Shown in pieces: positions 24,343 to 37,025 of a DNA stretch of 64,000 nt. Each line of letters opens with the position of its first letter. The first letter of the stretch is position 1. Where the stretch lies: the NCBI RefSeq assembly GCF_001194135.2, contig NC_068986.1, positions 83,763,790-83,827,789 of the forward strand, given 5' to 3'. A model generated the notes under the pieces. The model saw only the letters and a list, made by a program, of their open reading frames with translations. It was not told the origin of the DNA and did no database searches. The DNA comes from Octopus bimaculoides (lineage: Eukaryota). Position numbers and translations under genes: made by a program.

Positions 24343-25429
24343 GATTACATGGGAAAATGTGAGCAAGAGGAATAATATTCTTAAGATTATAAACCTGGAA
24401 AAGTACGGGACAAGTTATTATACTTGGAAAAGTTCAGGACAACTTATTACATCTGGTAAAGTACAGAACAAGACAATTTTTACTTAAAATATTGCAGCTA
24501 AGGATAAAATTTGAATATCAAAAATTATTTGATTTTAATTTACAAAGTAACATTATAATTAAAAAAGTACCATCATTTTGTTAAAATATTGACACACTAG
24601 AATACTTAAAAAATGAGAGCCAGAAGTACCAATATAGCTAAAGTTTTATGCAAAGCAGAATAGTATATATGGTAGGCAAATTCATTATGTAAAATATAGG
24701 CATTGGGTCAAAACTAAAAATGTGAAGACTTGGCAATAACTCAAGCAAATTTTACTGTGAATTTGTTGTTATAGGTAGATTTTACTGTAATATATAACTA
24801 GTTTTTTTATTATTCTATTTATTGTACTAACTNNNNNNNNNNAGTTTTATGCAAAGCAGAATAGTATATATGGTAGGCAAATTCATTATGTAAAATATAG
24901 GCATTGGGTCAAAACTAAAAATGTGAAGACTTGGCAATAACTCAAGCAAATTTTACTGTGAATTTGTTGTTATAGGTAGATTTTACTGTAATATATAACT
25001 AGTTTTTTTATTATTCTATTTATTGTACTAACTAATTATGTACTACTATTATTTTTTATAACCTATTTTCAAATTTCTAATTATTAATTAATAATTTAAA
25101 AAATGCATTTTTTTTAAAGTGCAAAAATATTTTAATCAAGTTATTTTTAATTTTTAATAGAAGTAACAAGTAATAAAAAATAGAAGTAATAACTTGTAAT
25201 AAAATTTTTAGTTTTAATAAAAGCTAATATTTTCTAAATCTAAACATTTTATTTGAAATTTTATCCTCTTCTGCAATATTTTAAGTACAAATTTCTTTGT
25301 TCTGTACTTTACCAGATGTAATAACTTGTCCTGAACTTTTCCAAGTGTAATAACTTGTCCTGTACTTTTCCAGGTTTATAATCTGAAGAATATTACTTTT
25401 CTTGCTCGCATTTTCCCATGTAATAAGTC
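24343..25429. mobile_element. Foldback/MITE with about 170-bp TIRs containing 29-bp subrepeats
   Basis: 24344-24514 is the reverse complement of 25252-25424; three TGG(A/T)AAAGT(A/T)C..GACAA.TTATTA units per arm; candidate TSD CATG. Confidence 0.8.
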
Positions 25430-25639
25430 CATGGATTATCTAACTTCCCATTATCACTACTTTTTATACTTCCCACACAGACATTTAAGCTTTGTAGTGA
25501 GAGATAGTGCTTATTTTTCATGCAATTTTACTGAGATAAGAAAGAGTGCTGCATTTAGCCTCAAAACAATACAACATAATTACTAATATTTCAGCTAGAC
25601 TGCTGTTTTACAAAGTTGTGATAATGGATTATGTAGTGA

Positions 25640-25960
25640 TTATGGTAAGAAATGAACCAAGCATGCTCTGCTGGATATGTAATGTTAGCATAAATGAATG
25701 ATGGGGTATAGATGAACTGAGAGAAAAACTGGGTACAAGGAAAATGAGATGAAATGTGCAAGAGAGAAGACTGCTCTGTTATGAACCTGGTGCATATGAA
25801 GGATAAGAGTTGGGTAAAGAAGTGCTAAACAATTTAAATGGCAGGAACCTGCAGACATGAGGAGAAATTATGACAGCTGATCTTAGGAGGTTGAACCCCA
25901 AAAAGGAGATGACAGAGGATTGCAATGATTATGGAAAAACAAATGTATCATGATGGTAAT
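25640..25960 (+). mobile_element. RTE LINE ORF C-terminal fragment
   Basis: VRNEPSMLCWICNVS, DELREKLG, VQERRLL, SWVKKC, DLRRLN. Confidence 0.7.
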
Positions 25961-26839
25961 GATGAGGAAGCAGCATTATGTGTAATATAAATTTTCCATT
26001 GACAAGATACACTGCTCATTTCCATCACACATTTTTAGTTTTATAACAGGGGAGAAATTTAGCTGAATTTCTTCATTATTCCACTATATCATTACAGTGC
26101 AAAAGTTAGAACTCAGAAACCTGTGAAAACCTGACCTAAAGAATGTGCAGACAACAGCATCTGCCTATGCACATTAAAGTCTGTGGTACTTTTGCCACTT
26201 GGATCATCTTGTTTTCTCATCAGTGTTTAGTTTGTCTTCAAATTAGTTTCTTAAGAGAGAGGAATGGGGGACAAAGAAAGAGAAAGAGATAAAGAGTTGG
26301 GAATGTAAGTGAATACCTGTAATGTTTCATGTCACCACAATAAGTTTGGGCAGTGTCTACTCATGGACTTTGAAGTTATATATATATATATGTATGTGCA
26401 TGTGCACATGTGTGTGTGTGCATGCATGTGTGAATGAGTGAGTAAGTGTGTGTGTGTGTATATATAAATATATANNNNNNNNNNNNNNNNNNNNNNNNNN
26501 NNNNNNNNNNNNNNNNNNNNNNNNNNNNNNNNNNNNNNNNNNNNNNNNNNNNNNNNNNNNNNNNNNNNNNNNNNNNNNNNNNNNNNNNNNNNNNNNNNNN
26601 NNNNNNNNNNNNNNNNNNNNNNNNNNNNNNNNNNNNNNNNNNNNNNNNNNNNNNNNNNNNNNNNNNNNNNNNNNNNNNNNNNNNNNNNNNNNNNNNNNNN
26701 NNNNNNNNNNNNNNNNNNNNNNNNNNNNNNNNNNNNNNNNNNNNNNNNNNNNNNNNNNNNNNNNNNNNNNNNNNNNNNNNNNNNNNNNNNNNNNNNNNNN
26801 NNNNNNNNNNNNNNNNNNNNNNNNNNNNNNNNNNNNNNN

Positions 26840-26911
<72 letters not shown>

Positions 26912-27074
26912 TGACAAACTGTTTCTTCAGAATGTTATGATATTGGTCGATGTTAATGATGTTCTTTTAATTTCCTCCAGAAGTTTCTTGCCAAAATATG
27001 TAGACACAACTGTAATGATAGACTTTGTATGAAATATTTTTTTACATATTTATAAAAAAATAATTTGCTCCTTG

Positions 27075-27185
27075 GGTAAGTATGTCAGGCCAACCAATGC
27101 TTTGTGAGTGAATCTGGGAGATGGAAAATGTGTAGAAGCCCATCATATGTATATGTGGATGTGTCTGTGTTTGTCCTCCACCACT
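27075..27185 (+). mobile_element. SINE family C fragment
   Basis: GGCCAACCAATGCTTTGTGAGTGAATCTGGGAGATGGAAAATGTGTAGAAGCCCATC. Confidence 0.6.
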
Positions 27186-28973
27186 GCTATGTATATATTT
27201 GTGTGAGTTTAAGTACAACACTTGTTTTCAAATGACCTCGTTTGGTACTACAGGCCTTGTGCAAGAAGGATGAATGTCAACTTATAAACTTTAGGGACTA
27301 TTTTATCATTTGGCTGATTCTCTTTTTGCTTCCTAATGAATAGGCATATATTCAACATCAGGGCAAGGCCAAGAGTCTGAGCTAGTACCTGAGTGGTTTT
27401 GATAACTGGATTTATCACTTGTCATATTTTGTAGTGAAAATATTTATCATAGATAGTTGTATTTAAATTCAAATGGGTTTTAACTTAGGTGTTTATTGAA
27501 ATAACTGGAAACCTTGTTGGGTAAAGTTTGTTTCAAAAGTTTTAGTGTTAATTTTAGGTAAACACAGGACACATGGCACCTTCAAGAGTGAGTTTGGAAT
27601 TTATTTGTGCAAATTCTCAAATAATGCTGGAAATCTACATCCTGCTGTTATTGGAGACGATATTGTATTGATTTCATAAGTGTGATAACAGTGATAATGA
27701 TGATAGTACTTTTTTGGGGATAAGAAATTTTCAACCTGTGATTTCAATTGCTTCAGTCAGTGTTCCTTTTTTTTCTCCTGCTGTCATTTTGTATTGACAT
27801 CTTTATTATCATTCTGCAAGAGTTATTTTGCGATTGTAATATTTAATGCTCTATCTGTTGAGAAATATGATCTATATAGCAGACAGATTATCAAGGCATG
27901 GTGGATAGTTATTAGAAACTTAAGTCAAGCTTATTAAAAATGCTGGTGAACATATTGTATTTCTCTAGCGTTTCCTATAAAAACAAACTAAATAAATAAA
28001 AAAAAAAGCTATGGATTCTGGCTTCAAATTTTATTTGAAGTAAAGTGTTCATTTTGAAACTTGTTTTCATTTAAAAGTGTGTGTGTGTGTGTGTGTATGA
28101 TTTTATATTTGAAGAATGCTGGTCATACATTCACTAGCAGTATCAACCAAAAAACCAGTTGTTTTGGTTAATAATTTTGTTTTTCGGTTGCTAGTTCATA
28201 AATCTCTCATTTGGCAATTCTGTCTGGTTGGTGGGAATTGGTTGTCTGCCTTAATATTTTTACTGCGAATATTCTTGCCATTTTTTACATTAGCTTCAAC
28301 TAAAGCTTTCTCTCAGTCTTCAATCACAATTGGAATGATGCCTTTATACTGGCCTTCTTCTATTCTTGAAGCTTGCATAGAAAAAACAACAAAATACTAA
28401 CGACTTAATTGTTGTAAATATTCTGTTGTTCCTTTCACATATTATCTACTACCATTATAGAAGTGTTTGAGTTAAACAAATGGATAATTAACCTTCTGTA
28501 TTGTTACATGTATCTGGTTAACTGACTACACATTACTGTCATGCTGATTTAGCGTTCACTGTTGGGAAGGAAAACTGTAATATACCATACCTATTGGGAT
28601 AAACCATTTGAAATATGGAGAAACTGGAAGCTACCAGAACTCAAATTCAACTTTGAGAGAAAGTAAATTCCAAAATGCCATCATTCTGACTCAACATTGT
28701 CAGTAGCAATTCTAAAATACCACAGTTTAATCACCAGTACTATCATAATTCTCACTATCCATAGTAACTAGACTGTTCTTGTACACATGGCAACTGCCAC
28801 TAACAACATTGGTGGTGTGTGGTCATTCATCATTGCCAACACTTCCCCCACCTCTGCAAATTGAGCAGTTGTGAGGGTGAGCGGGAGCTTCTAAAGAACC
28901 ACCACCATTATCCACTTTTATTGTAAAGCTCCTAGTTCTCATTTGCCTTCTCTGCCTCTCCCTTCTTTGTCTA

Positions 28974-29005
<32 letters not shown>

Positions 29006-29239
29006 TCTCCAGCATGGCACTATACCACCATAACTGTCACTCTCCATATTGCCACTACTGTTGTTCCATCATTATTCATCATCATCATTACCATCTCATC
29101 ATCATCGTTATCAATCATGAAGAAGCAAAATAAAAATAAGGACATCCTTAGAGTAAATGATAATATTTTAGTTAGTGTTGGTTTGAAATAGAAGTAATTC
29201 AGAGGGGCAAAAGAAAAAAAAAAAGAAGAAATGAAACAA

Positions 29240-29500
29240 GATTTATCAGTTTCAATTGCTTGCATGGGTTGGATAGATTTTTTTCAGCACAGTATCTTGC
29301 CACTCATTACAGTCCTTTATCATCTCCTTCATGAGATTTAGCCTCTTGAAATCACTCTTCACCATTTCCAATGTCTTCCTCAGTCTTTCTCTTCCTCAGG
29401 TTCCTTCCACTTCAATTACACAGAAGCTCTTTACTCAACTGTCATCCTCCATATGCATCACATGCCCATGCTAGCAGAGTTGCTCTTATTTCCAATTTTT
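29240..29500 (-). mobile_element. RTE LINE ORF C-terminal fragment
   Basis: LKEKLEIR, VIEVEGT, GRERLRKTLEMVKSDFKRLNLMKEMIKDCNEWQD, CCCATGCAAGCA tail motif. Confidence 0.7.
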
Positions 29501-29521
29501 CTTTCAGCTTACATACATCCC

Positions 29522-29625
<104 letters not shown>

Positions 29626-29860
29626 CCTCTCTTTGAAGACATCAGCTGTAGTCAGACCATCTGGTAAAAAAAAGACCAAACAAACAAAAAAAAAAACAGG
29701 CCTCGTGCCATCATTGTGCTTTTACAACTCCATCAAGAATCAGGTACTTCATAACATATATATGTGCGTGTGTGGGTGTCCTTCATTTCCAATCATCCAT
29801 TGTTTATCGAAAAATTTAATTCATGCTAATGGTTGTAATGAAGATTTCATAAAACAAAGG

Positions 29861-29906
29861 AAACTTGCCTTGTAAAACTTGCCTTGTAAAACTTGCCTTG
29901 TAAAAC
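29861..29906. repeat. 14-bp tandem repeat x3
   Basis: AAACTTGCCTTGTA three times plus AAAC. Confidence 0.95.
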
Positions 29907-30639
29907 AGATTGCCTATCCAATTCCAACAAATGCATGATCTTAACGCAAGACATTTTCCTCTAAGTGAGCATTTATACTTATATGCAGCAAACAAATCCC
30001 AACATTTCAAGTCTTCCCATTTTCTTTTCTAACAAAATCACAGATCAAATATGAACAAAAAAAGCAAATATATCTCTTAAAAAAATTTCAAGTGAATAAG
30101 CTGAAACAACACATTAAAAAAATACATTCTTCAGCAACTAAATCATGCTCTCATACTCAAGCATATAGACAATTCTATACACACATAGATATAGGTGCAT
30201 AACTTTACTGTCACTCGTATGCAAGCAATCAATCTGTTATTTTAGCTACTCTGATACAATGTTGTTCATTTTATCATGACACATTGACTGGACTAACACA
30301 ACCATGGCTTTTGACAATAATTATATTGTCATGTGGCTTAAAACATGAACATAACATGCAATTGTTATTCATATTGACTGGGCTAACATAGCCATGACTC
30401 TTGAAATCTAGACACAGTTACCCTTCATGTAGTTATATGACTCTAATACATGGACATCAAGGAGAACTAAGTTTTATACCTGACTTCATGAACAACTGCA
30501 ACCAATCAAACAGCACCCTAACTGATGGCAATTTGAGCCATAATTTTTCCATAAAAAGGAGTAAATTTGCAAACTCTGGTCACTCAAAACAATTATGTTA
30601 ATGTGAATAAATCTTCTTAAAGACTCTCAGTGTATTTTC

Positions 30640-31020
30640 AACTGCGTTCTTGTGGCCATTTGGTGGTTAACTAACTATTAAGCAGTTGTTGCATAGTTGA
30701 CTCTCTTGTTATGGTTTGAGCAATCTAAGGCTTTCCATTGCTTTCATTGGATCTGATAGACAGCTGTATCTCAAGAGTCAATCTGTTCACAATTCAATCT
30801 TTCAAAACAAACCAAGTCATAATGATCTAATGAGGGAGCTTCTATATGGCCATTTGATGCACTGGAAATAGAATCAGTATATCTTTTAATTCACACCCTT
30901 AAAAAGAAAAAAAAAAAAGGAGGATACATTGATAAAAGAAAAAAGTAAAACAAAAGTGTGGTCATAATAGGAATGTATGTCTTTGATAATTGGCTTGCTC
31001 AATGTGGATAATGTTTTATA
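30640..31020 (+). repeat. Diverged direct repeat, copy 1 (copy 2 at about 33064-33470)
   Basis: Shared TTTGGTGGTTAACTAA, TTCAATCTTTCA, CTAATGAGGGAG.TTCTATATGGCCATTTGAT.CACTGGAAAT, CTTTTAATTCACAC.CTTAAAAAGA. Confidence 0.8.
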
Positions 31021-31068
31021 TATCTGCTCATGTGAAAAAAAAAAGTAAAAAAGACAATTTCTTCTGTC

Positions 31069-31115
<47 letters not shown>

Positions 31116-31841
31116 CTGTTTGCACAAACACACACACACACAAATAATTAGTAATAATGTGTATAGCTTATTGAGATAATTCAAAAAACATTTTGGAGAT
31201 AATTTGAAATATAATATAAGGTATATATCTTTTTGATAAACATGGAATTTTGGCCTTGCTGTCAAAAATGGGAGTGGTTACACCATAGACTTTTTTTTTT
31301 ATCATCCCATGGCCAGAAGTGAGACAAATTTCATTAGTTTCTAGTTTTCATAGATTCTCATCAGAGAAAGGATATCCATCTTCTGCCCTCAGAAATATTA
31401 TTTACATGATGACCAAGGGATGAAGTAGATAAAATTTTGCCCTTTGCAAGGTATGGATTATGACACCCTGAAATGGTTAAGTGGGAGGATGGTGAAAGAA
31501 TGAAAGTGTAATGAAGTCTCGTGACCTAAATAGATAGTTTAGCTGTGTCCCAGCAGTTTGTATACACTATAAATAGATATAAGCCACTTATGTTGTTGTG
31601 GACTGAAGGGTATTCTTTCTCTTATGAAGATCTAAGAAAACTAGAAACTAATCACATCTATCTCATTTTTTCTGCTCAAATATATTAGAAAGAAGCATGA
31701 TGCAATCACTTCCTTAATTTTAGTAAAGCTAAAATTTGTATGTTCATCTGTTCATCAATATGGTATGTTTTACATTTTATTTGAAATCTCTCGCACACAC
31801 TTAGAAATGTTCATTTTGTCATTGATTTATTGATTTATCTG

Positions 31842-31887
<46 letters not shown>

Positions 31888-33063
31888 ACACAAAAAGCAT
31901 TTACTATAGAGAATATGTTGTTAATGTGGAATGTGTATCATCTTATTTACTCTTTTTGACAAGTTTAAAATAATCTATCTATTTAGGTCACAAGACTTCA
32001 TTACACCATCATCCCCGTCCTCATCCTCTCATTTAAATAGTTCATGCTGCAAATGTCCATAACTCTTGAAGAGTGAAATTTTATCTACTTTATCCCTTTG
32101 TCATGGTGAAAACATCATCCATGACATTTCTTAGTACTTTTCCCTCATATTTCTTGCCTCTCTCATTAACTATGCCAACCACACCCTGAGTCATTAAGTG
32201 ATGTATAATACAGTCTATCATTCTGCTAGGAATAGCAGCCAAATCTCCTCAAATTGTGCCTCCACCATCTCAAAAATCAAAGGGAAAGCACACTTTAAGA
32301 TCAGTTGCTAACTGCTGGAATGTTTTTAATCATAAACCTGCTCAACCTGGATCTAAGCAACTATATCAAACACAAGTTAATGTGGGAACCCCTGTGTAGT
32401 CACTCTCCCTTTTAGAAATCGCAGTCAAATTTCAATCAGCACAATGTTTAATTAGTTTCATCTAATGAGCTGTCTTTAAACTTGAATAAAATCTTAAGGC
32501 AGATCATAAGCTTCGATAAAAATATTTCCCTTTTTAAATCTACAGTTACTTTTTTCTCTCTCACATCATTGTCATCATCATTATCATCATCAACATCATC
32601 ATCATCATCATCTCCATCATCATCATCATGCCTCTTACTTCACACCTGTTTCACCAACACAATAACATTGTTACTAACATTACTACTATAAAAGACAAAA
32701 CACTAAAAGCAGCAGCACCAGCACCACCAGAATCATTAGAGCAGCAGAAAAAGTGCCTTTCAGTATTCCTTTCTGGCCCTTTATGTTCAAGGTTCTATTT
32801 TCACCAAGGGAGAATTTTCATCCTTTTAGGGTTGATAAAATAAAGTACCAGTTAAGTACTGGGGTCAGTGTAACCGACTAATCCCCTTCCCTCAATACTG
32901 CTGGCCTTATGCCTAAATCAGAAACCGTTATGATATGGTTAAAATATTATAAAGAAGCTTGCCAATAATGGTCATTAACAAATATAGATATCTGGAGATT
33001 TGGAAAAATTTCTTAAAACGTAAAATCTATGGGCTGTTAATCATTCTTTCTTCATATAATAAA

Positions 33064-33470
33064 AACTGTGTTGTTGCGGTCTTTTGGTGGTTAACTAATT
33101 ACTAAGCGGTAATTGCATATCTGACCTTCCTGTTGTTATGATCTGTGAAGTCTTAGGCTTCTTACTACTTCCATTTTGATCTAATGGACAGTTGTGTTTG
33201 AAGAATTGAGCATCCCTGCAATTTATTTTCTGTTTTCAATCTTTCAGAACAAATCCAACTGTGAGACTAATGAGGGAGTTTCTATATGGCCATTTGATCC
33301 ACTGGAAATGGCATCAATATCTCTTTTAATTCACACTCTTAAAAAGACAAAAAAAACCCACTTTGAATATAACATTGTTTGAAAAAAAAAAACAAAAACA
33401 GTTGCATGGTTATAACTTGAATGTTTGTCTTTGATACTAGATCTGCTTGATGTGAATAATAATTTATTAT
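33064..33470 (+). repeat. Diverged direct repeat, copy 2
   Basis: Colinear similarity to 30640-31020. Confidence 0.8.
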
Positions 33471-33757
33471 TTATTATTTAGCAGAGAGGCAGTTTAGTTT
33501 GAACTTCTACATACTGGTCATTGCTAGGAGAGAACATTTGGGCAGGGCAATGCAGTTTCAGAGAGTAACTATTAGGTAAAGTGTGCTTAGAAACAAGGTT
33601 TGTAAGATGTGACACAGGAGATGACAAGAGTAAGAATGGTGGTGTATTAAAGTAAGATTGGTACAAGAAGTATTGTAGTAGACTAGACAAAGAGAAAATA
33701 CAATGCATCATTAGATTAGCTAACTTTAGGTTAGTTAAAATATGTTAGCGATATATT

Positions 33758-34107
33758 TCAACTTCTAAAAGCAAATTCACTGCAGTTACCATGGAGCAAA
33801 AAAGTTCACTCTTATGATTAAAGGTGTATAAATTTCTCCTGACCTGGCAGTCCAATAGTGCAACTCAGTCAATGTTGTTGACTGTAGTTTAGTTAAAGCT
33901 ACAGATTTAAATCTACATATTTAAATCTACCCAGAGGTACCTCTTTTCAATATTTCCCATTCATAGTGGCTGAGGAGCTTGAAACACTGCATTTGAGAAT
34001 CCTATAGAGGGAAATATGGGGCAGATATGGTGTTTCTACACCTTTTACCATAAGAAAGAATTTTTTTCTCTACAGTAACTGCAGTGAATTTACCTTTAGA
34101 AGTTGAG
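33758..34107. mobile_element. MITE-like element, about 350 bp with 75-bp TIRs
   Basis: TCAACTTCTAAAAGCAAATTCACTGCAGTTAC... vs ...GTAACTGCAGTGAATTTACCTTTAGAAGTTGA. Confidence 0.7.
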
Positions 34108-34154
34108 ACACTCATACTACTGAACCATTACATTAATACTTGTACCATGTTCCT

Positions 34155-34330
34155 TTGTTGTTTAACCCCAGATCAGCTCTGAATGAGAAGACCTATGATC
34201 AAAAATATTTCTAGCAAAATCACCCTAATCTTTGCATATATATCTAGAACTACATTATCCAATAAGTGTCCTTCCATTTGAAAAGTGGTAGGCTATGATT
34301 TTAGAGATTTCCACTGCTACTTCTAGCTAG
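34155..34330 (+). repeat. Family B copy
   Basis: TGTTTAACCCCAGATCAGC..AGACCTATGATCAAAA..TCTAGAACTACATTATCCAAT..CTGCTACTTCTAGC. Confidence 0.7.
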
Positions 34331-34769
34331 TTGAGTTAGAATGTATTTGTCCACTCATTAGCTTAAGTTTTAGCATGCATACTAGTGCCCTCACCCCAAT
34401 CTCAACTCAGACAAGTGAACAGTACAATAATGTAAGACAAATTTTTGCCTTGTAGAATTGAAATAGTTTCTAGTTCTAAAGAGAAAAAAACTATAGATTT
34501 AAGTATAATGTTTATATTAATACTATTCCACTGTTCTGCCAGGAATGATCTAGATCCTCAATGGATGCTGTTTCTTTTGCCAACTTCTATCAAGTACAAT
34601 GAAGGTGTACCATATATCTTGTTAATTATAGATTTTGTATGGTATTTTTTCCCCTCATACCTTTCAAAACTGATAATTCCTAGGATTACTACTCTTCACA
34701 AAGTAACATTTTAAGTGCAAGCATCACTGAAAAAGAAGATTCATTCAAGATTCTCAGCCATAGTCTCTT

Positions 34770-34930
34770 GCTTGAAGGCACCAGCATCAATTAATTGTAC
34801 TGGTATTATATTTTGTTGACCCCTGAAAGATGAAAAGCAAAGTTGACCACAGCAGGATTTGAACTCAGAATGAAAAAACTCATAATTAAATACCATAGTG
34901 CATTTTGTCCAAGTTCTAATGATTCTACCA
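34770..34930 (-). mobile_element. SINE family A fragment
   Basis: GACCCCTGAAAGATGAAAAGCAAAGTTGACC..ATTTGAACTCAGAAT..CATTTTGTCC..GATTCTACCA. Confidence 0.7.
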
Positions 34931-35339
34931 ATAAACCGACTTGCTGGAATCTTTTTTCTTCCATACCTCTTAAATAAATGTCTGGTAGATCTTGTCTTGA
35001 AGAAGCTGAACTTCATATATCAAAATTTATTCAGTTTTCCAACCTATTGGTTATTCAAAAATCAGGTTATTGACCTTTGCAAGGCTGTTTTTTTTTTTGA
35101 CTGATATTTTTGCCATTCCTTAATAATAATAATAATAACACCAGTCACTCTTGTGATAAATAAGTACATTAATAATAATATCATCAACATCATCAGTTAA
35201 CAGACAAAGACATATTGCGTAAAAGGTGTCTACAAACAGTTCCTTCTCATTTACATCATTATTATCATCATTACAGTGATCTAGATATTTCAGCCAGTGC
35301 ATCAGCCTCAAAGCATACTGGCCCATCATCAAAGATGGC

Positions 35340-36290
35340 ATCCCAACACTACCATGGAGTGGGTATTGGTAGCAAATGGATTTCCTGACCAGTAGGCCCT
35401 CTCTCTTCCATAAGGGATGTGTTCTGCTGGTCTAGTTTTGTCAAATGTTTCTTGAGATGAAGTACAGTGGTCAGGTGGTTGTATACTACTGAGGCATTGT
35501 ATGAATTTGCTAATTACAGTTGACTTTCCATGGGCAGCTTCCTCTTTGCTCATTTCCGGATGTCATTTTACCACTCTGATTGCAAATTCTTAGACTTCAA
35601 GTATCTTTACCAAACCCTTGGTCCAGTGACAGAAATCACTACTGGCCAACATGAACTTGCAAGCCCACCAGCTTGTTCCTGTTTATGTGTGCACCTGTAC
35701 ATACCTGGTACTCTTTCAATATAGTGTTGATTACTTCTGTATCTGAAACTTTCATGCTTTCTTGTTTTAGCACGTTCTAGTTCAGAGAATGCAGTCTTTA
35801 TATTTCCATGAAAGAAATGATCAAGGGCAATTCTCATGGCTAGCAAGTCATTTGCAATATTTCTTCTATACCTTTTTAAAGCTAGTCCCTCTTCCACTTA
35901 GTTGTTCTCTCTGTAGTTATCACTGCTAAAGCTAACAGTCACTTCCCTGTTGTTGGTGATGGCTTCCATCAATTCCACTAAACTAGTACACTAAAACTGA
36001 TCCTTGAAATCTTTTCATTTTCATAAGGATGCATTCATTTCCCAGTATCCGAGTCCTTGTCTATTTGTCTTTTCTAAGATGACTGTGAAGTTCACAAATT
36101 TGTGGTGTGAGTAACCAGCTGCTTCAAACTGTCTCTTGTTAATTTGTCTCCTGTTGTGGAGGTTGTTGTGTCTACTGCTGTTGTTATGATTGCAGGCCTG
36201 TTGCCTAGCTAAGTTATTGGTCACACTTTTCTTCAGAATTGTTAAAATTAGTGCTTCCAAATATTTGAGATTTAGTGGGAGTTAGCTCAG
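35340..36290 (-). mobile_element. Tx1/L1-like LINE ORF2 fragment (endonuclease end to pre-RT linker)
   Basis: GYSHHKFV..RQGLGYWEMNASL matches SDHK...GPGYWKLNxSL; later MSKEEAAHGKSTV and KTRPAEHIPY resemble the LSxEExxxCExPIT and KSPGxDGIPY boxes. Confidence 0.55.
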
Positions 36291-36600
36291 TATAGTTTAA
36301 TACCTGCCCTCACTTCCTTTTGGACAGCTGTTAGATCATAAGCCATTTGAACTCTTTTGTGCTATCCATGGCCACTTACTTATCCAAGGGCTCAGCTAGA
36401 TTTGCATTTGTTTTGTCTTGTATTTTATTGTCACCGGAAGGATGAAAAGCAAAGTTAACCACAGCAACATTTGAACTCAGAATGTAAAAGTTCATTACTA
36501 AATTCAATAGTATAGTTCTATATTTAAGAGATGAGGAATTACGTACATTATTTACATTATTTACATTTGATGGATATTTGTCCTCATCTTGTTTGTTGTT

Positions 36601-36643
36601 AACGTGTTTCGGCTGATATACCCTCCAGCCTTCATCAGGTGTC
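36601..36643 (-). ncRNA. Hammerhead motif (3' stem I strand deleted)
   Basis: Reverse complement GACAC CTGATGA A GGCTG gagggtatat CAGCC GAAA CACGTT. Confidence 0.65.
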
Positions 36644-36851
36644 TTGGGGAAATTTCAAACCTGGGTTCTCATTCCTAAGGTTTATAAGCCCTAGAATTCA
36701 CTCCATAATTGCCCACGGGCATATGGTGTAGTGGTTAAGAGCATGGGCCACTAACCCCAAGATTCTGAGTTCGATAAAAATAATGATAATAATAATGATA
36801 ATAATAATAATAATAACATTGAAAAATACCTTAGATTTGAAATTTCCCCAA

Positions 36852-36897
36852 GACACCTGATGACGGCTAGAGGGTATATCAGCTGAAACATTGTGTT
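36852..36897 (+). ncRNA. Hammerhead motif (stem II substitutions)
   Basis: GACAC CTGATGA C GGCTA gagggtatat CAGCT GAAA CATT GTGTT. Confidence 0.65.
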
Positions 36898-36984
36898 ACC
36901 AACAAACAAGATGAGGACAAATATCTGTCAAATGTAAATAATGTAAATTCAGTAGGGTATTTTGTCTGACACTCTAATGGTTCT

Positions 36985-37025
<41 letters not shown>

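Larger units (their letters stand above)
36511..36943. mobile_element. Inverted-repeat tRNA-head/hammerhead element, copy 2
   Basis: Minus arm with full tail and hammerhead, then plus arm with full tRNA-like head (about 36711-36775), (AAT)n, hammerhead and shortened tail; TSD TAAATTCAATAG 36499-36510 / TAAATTCAGTAG 36944-36955. Confidence 0.85.
36430..36990 (-). mobile_element. SINE family A copy split by the hammerhead element
   Basis: GGATGAAAAGCAAAGTTAACC..TTTGAACTCAGAATGTAAA before; GGTATTTTGTCTGACACTCTAATGGTTCTGC after. Confidence 0.7.

Noticed and set aside
24642-25033. Identical 191-bp tandem duplication (24642-24832 and 24843-25033)
   Set aside because: The copies sit either side of a 10-N gap, the usual sign of overlapping contig ends; probably an assembly artefact
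29385-29500. Strong splice acceptor CTTTCTCTTCCTCAG|G with an open frame
   Set aside because: It is the antisense of an RTE fragment (GRxRLRKT region) and there is no donor before the microsatellite
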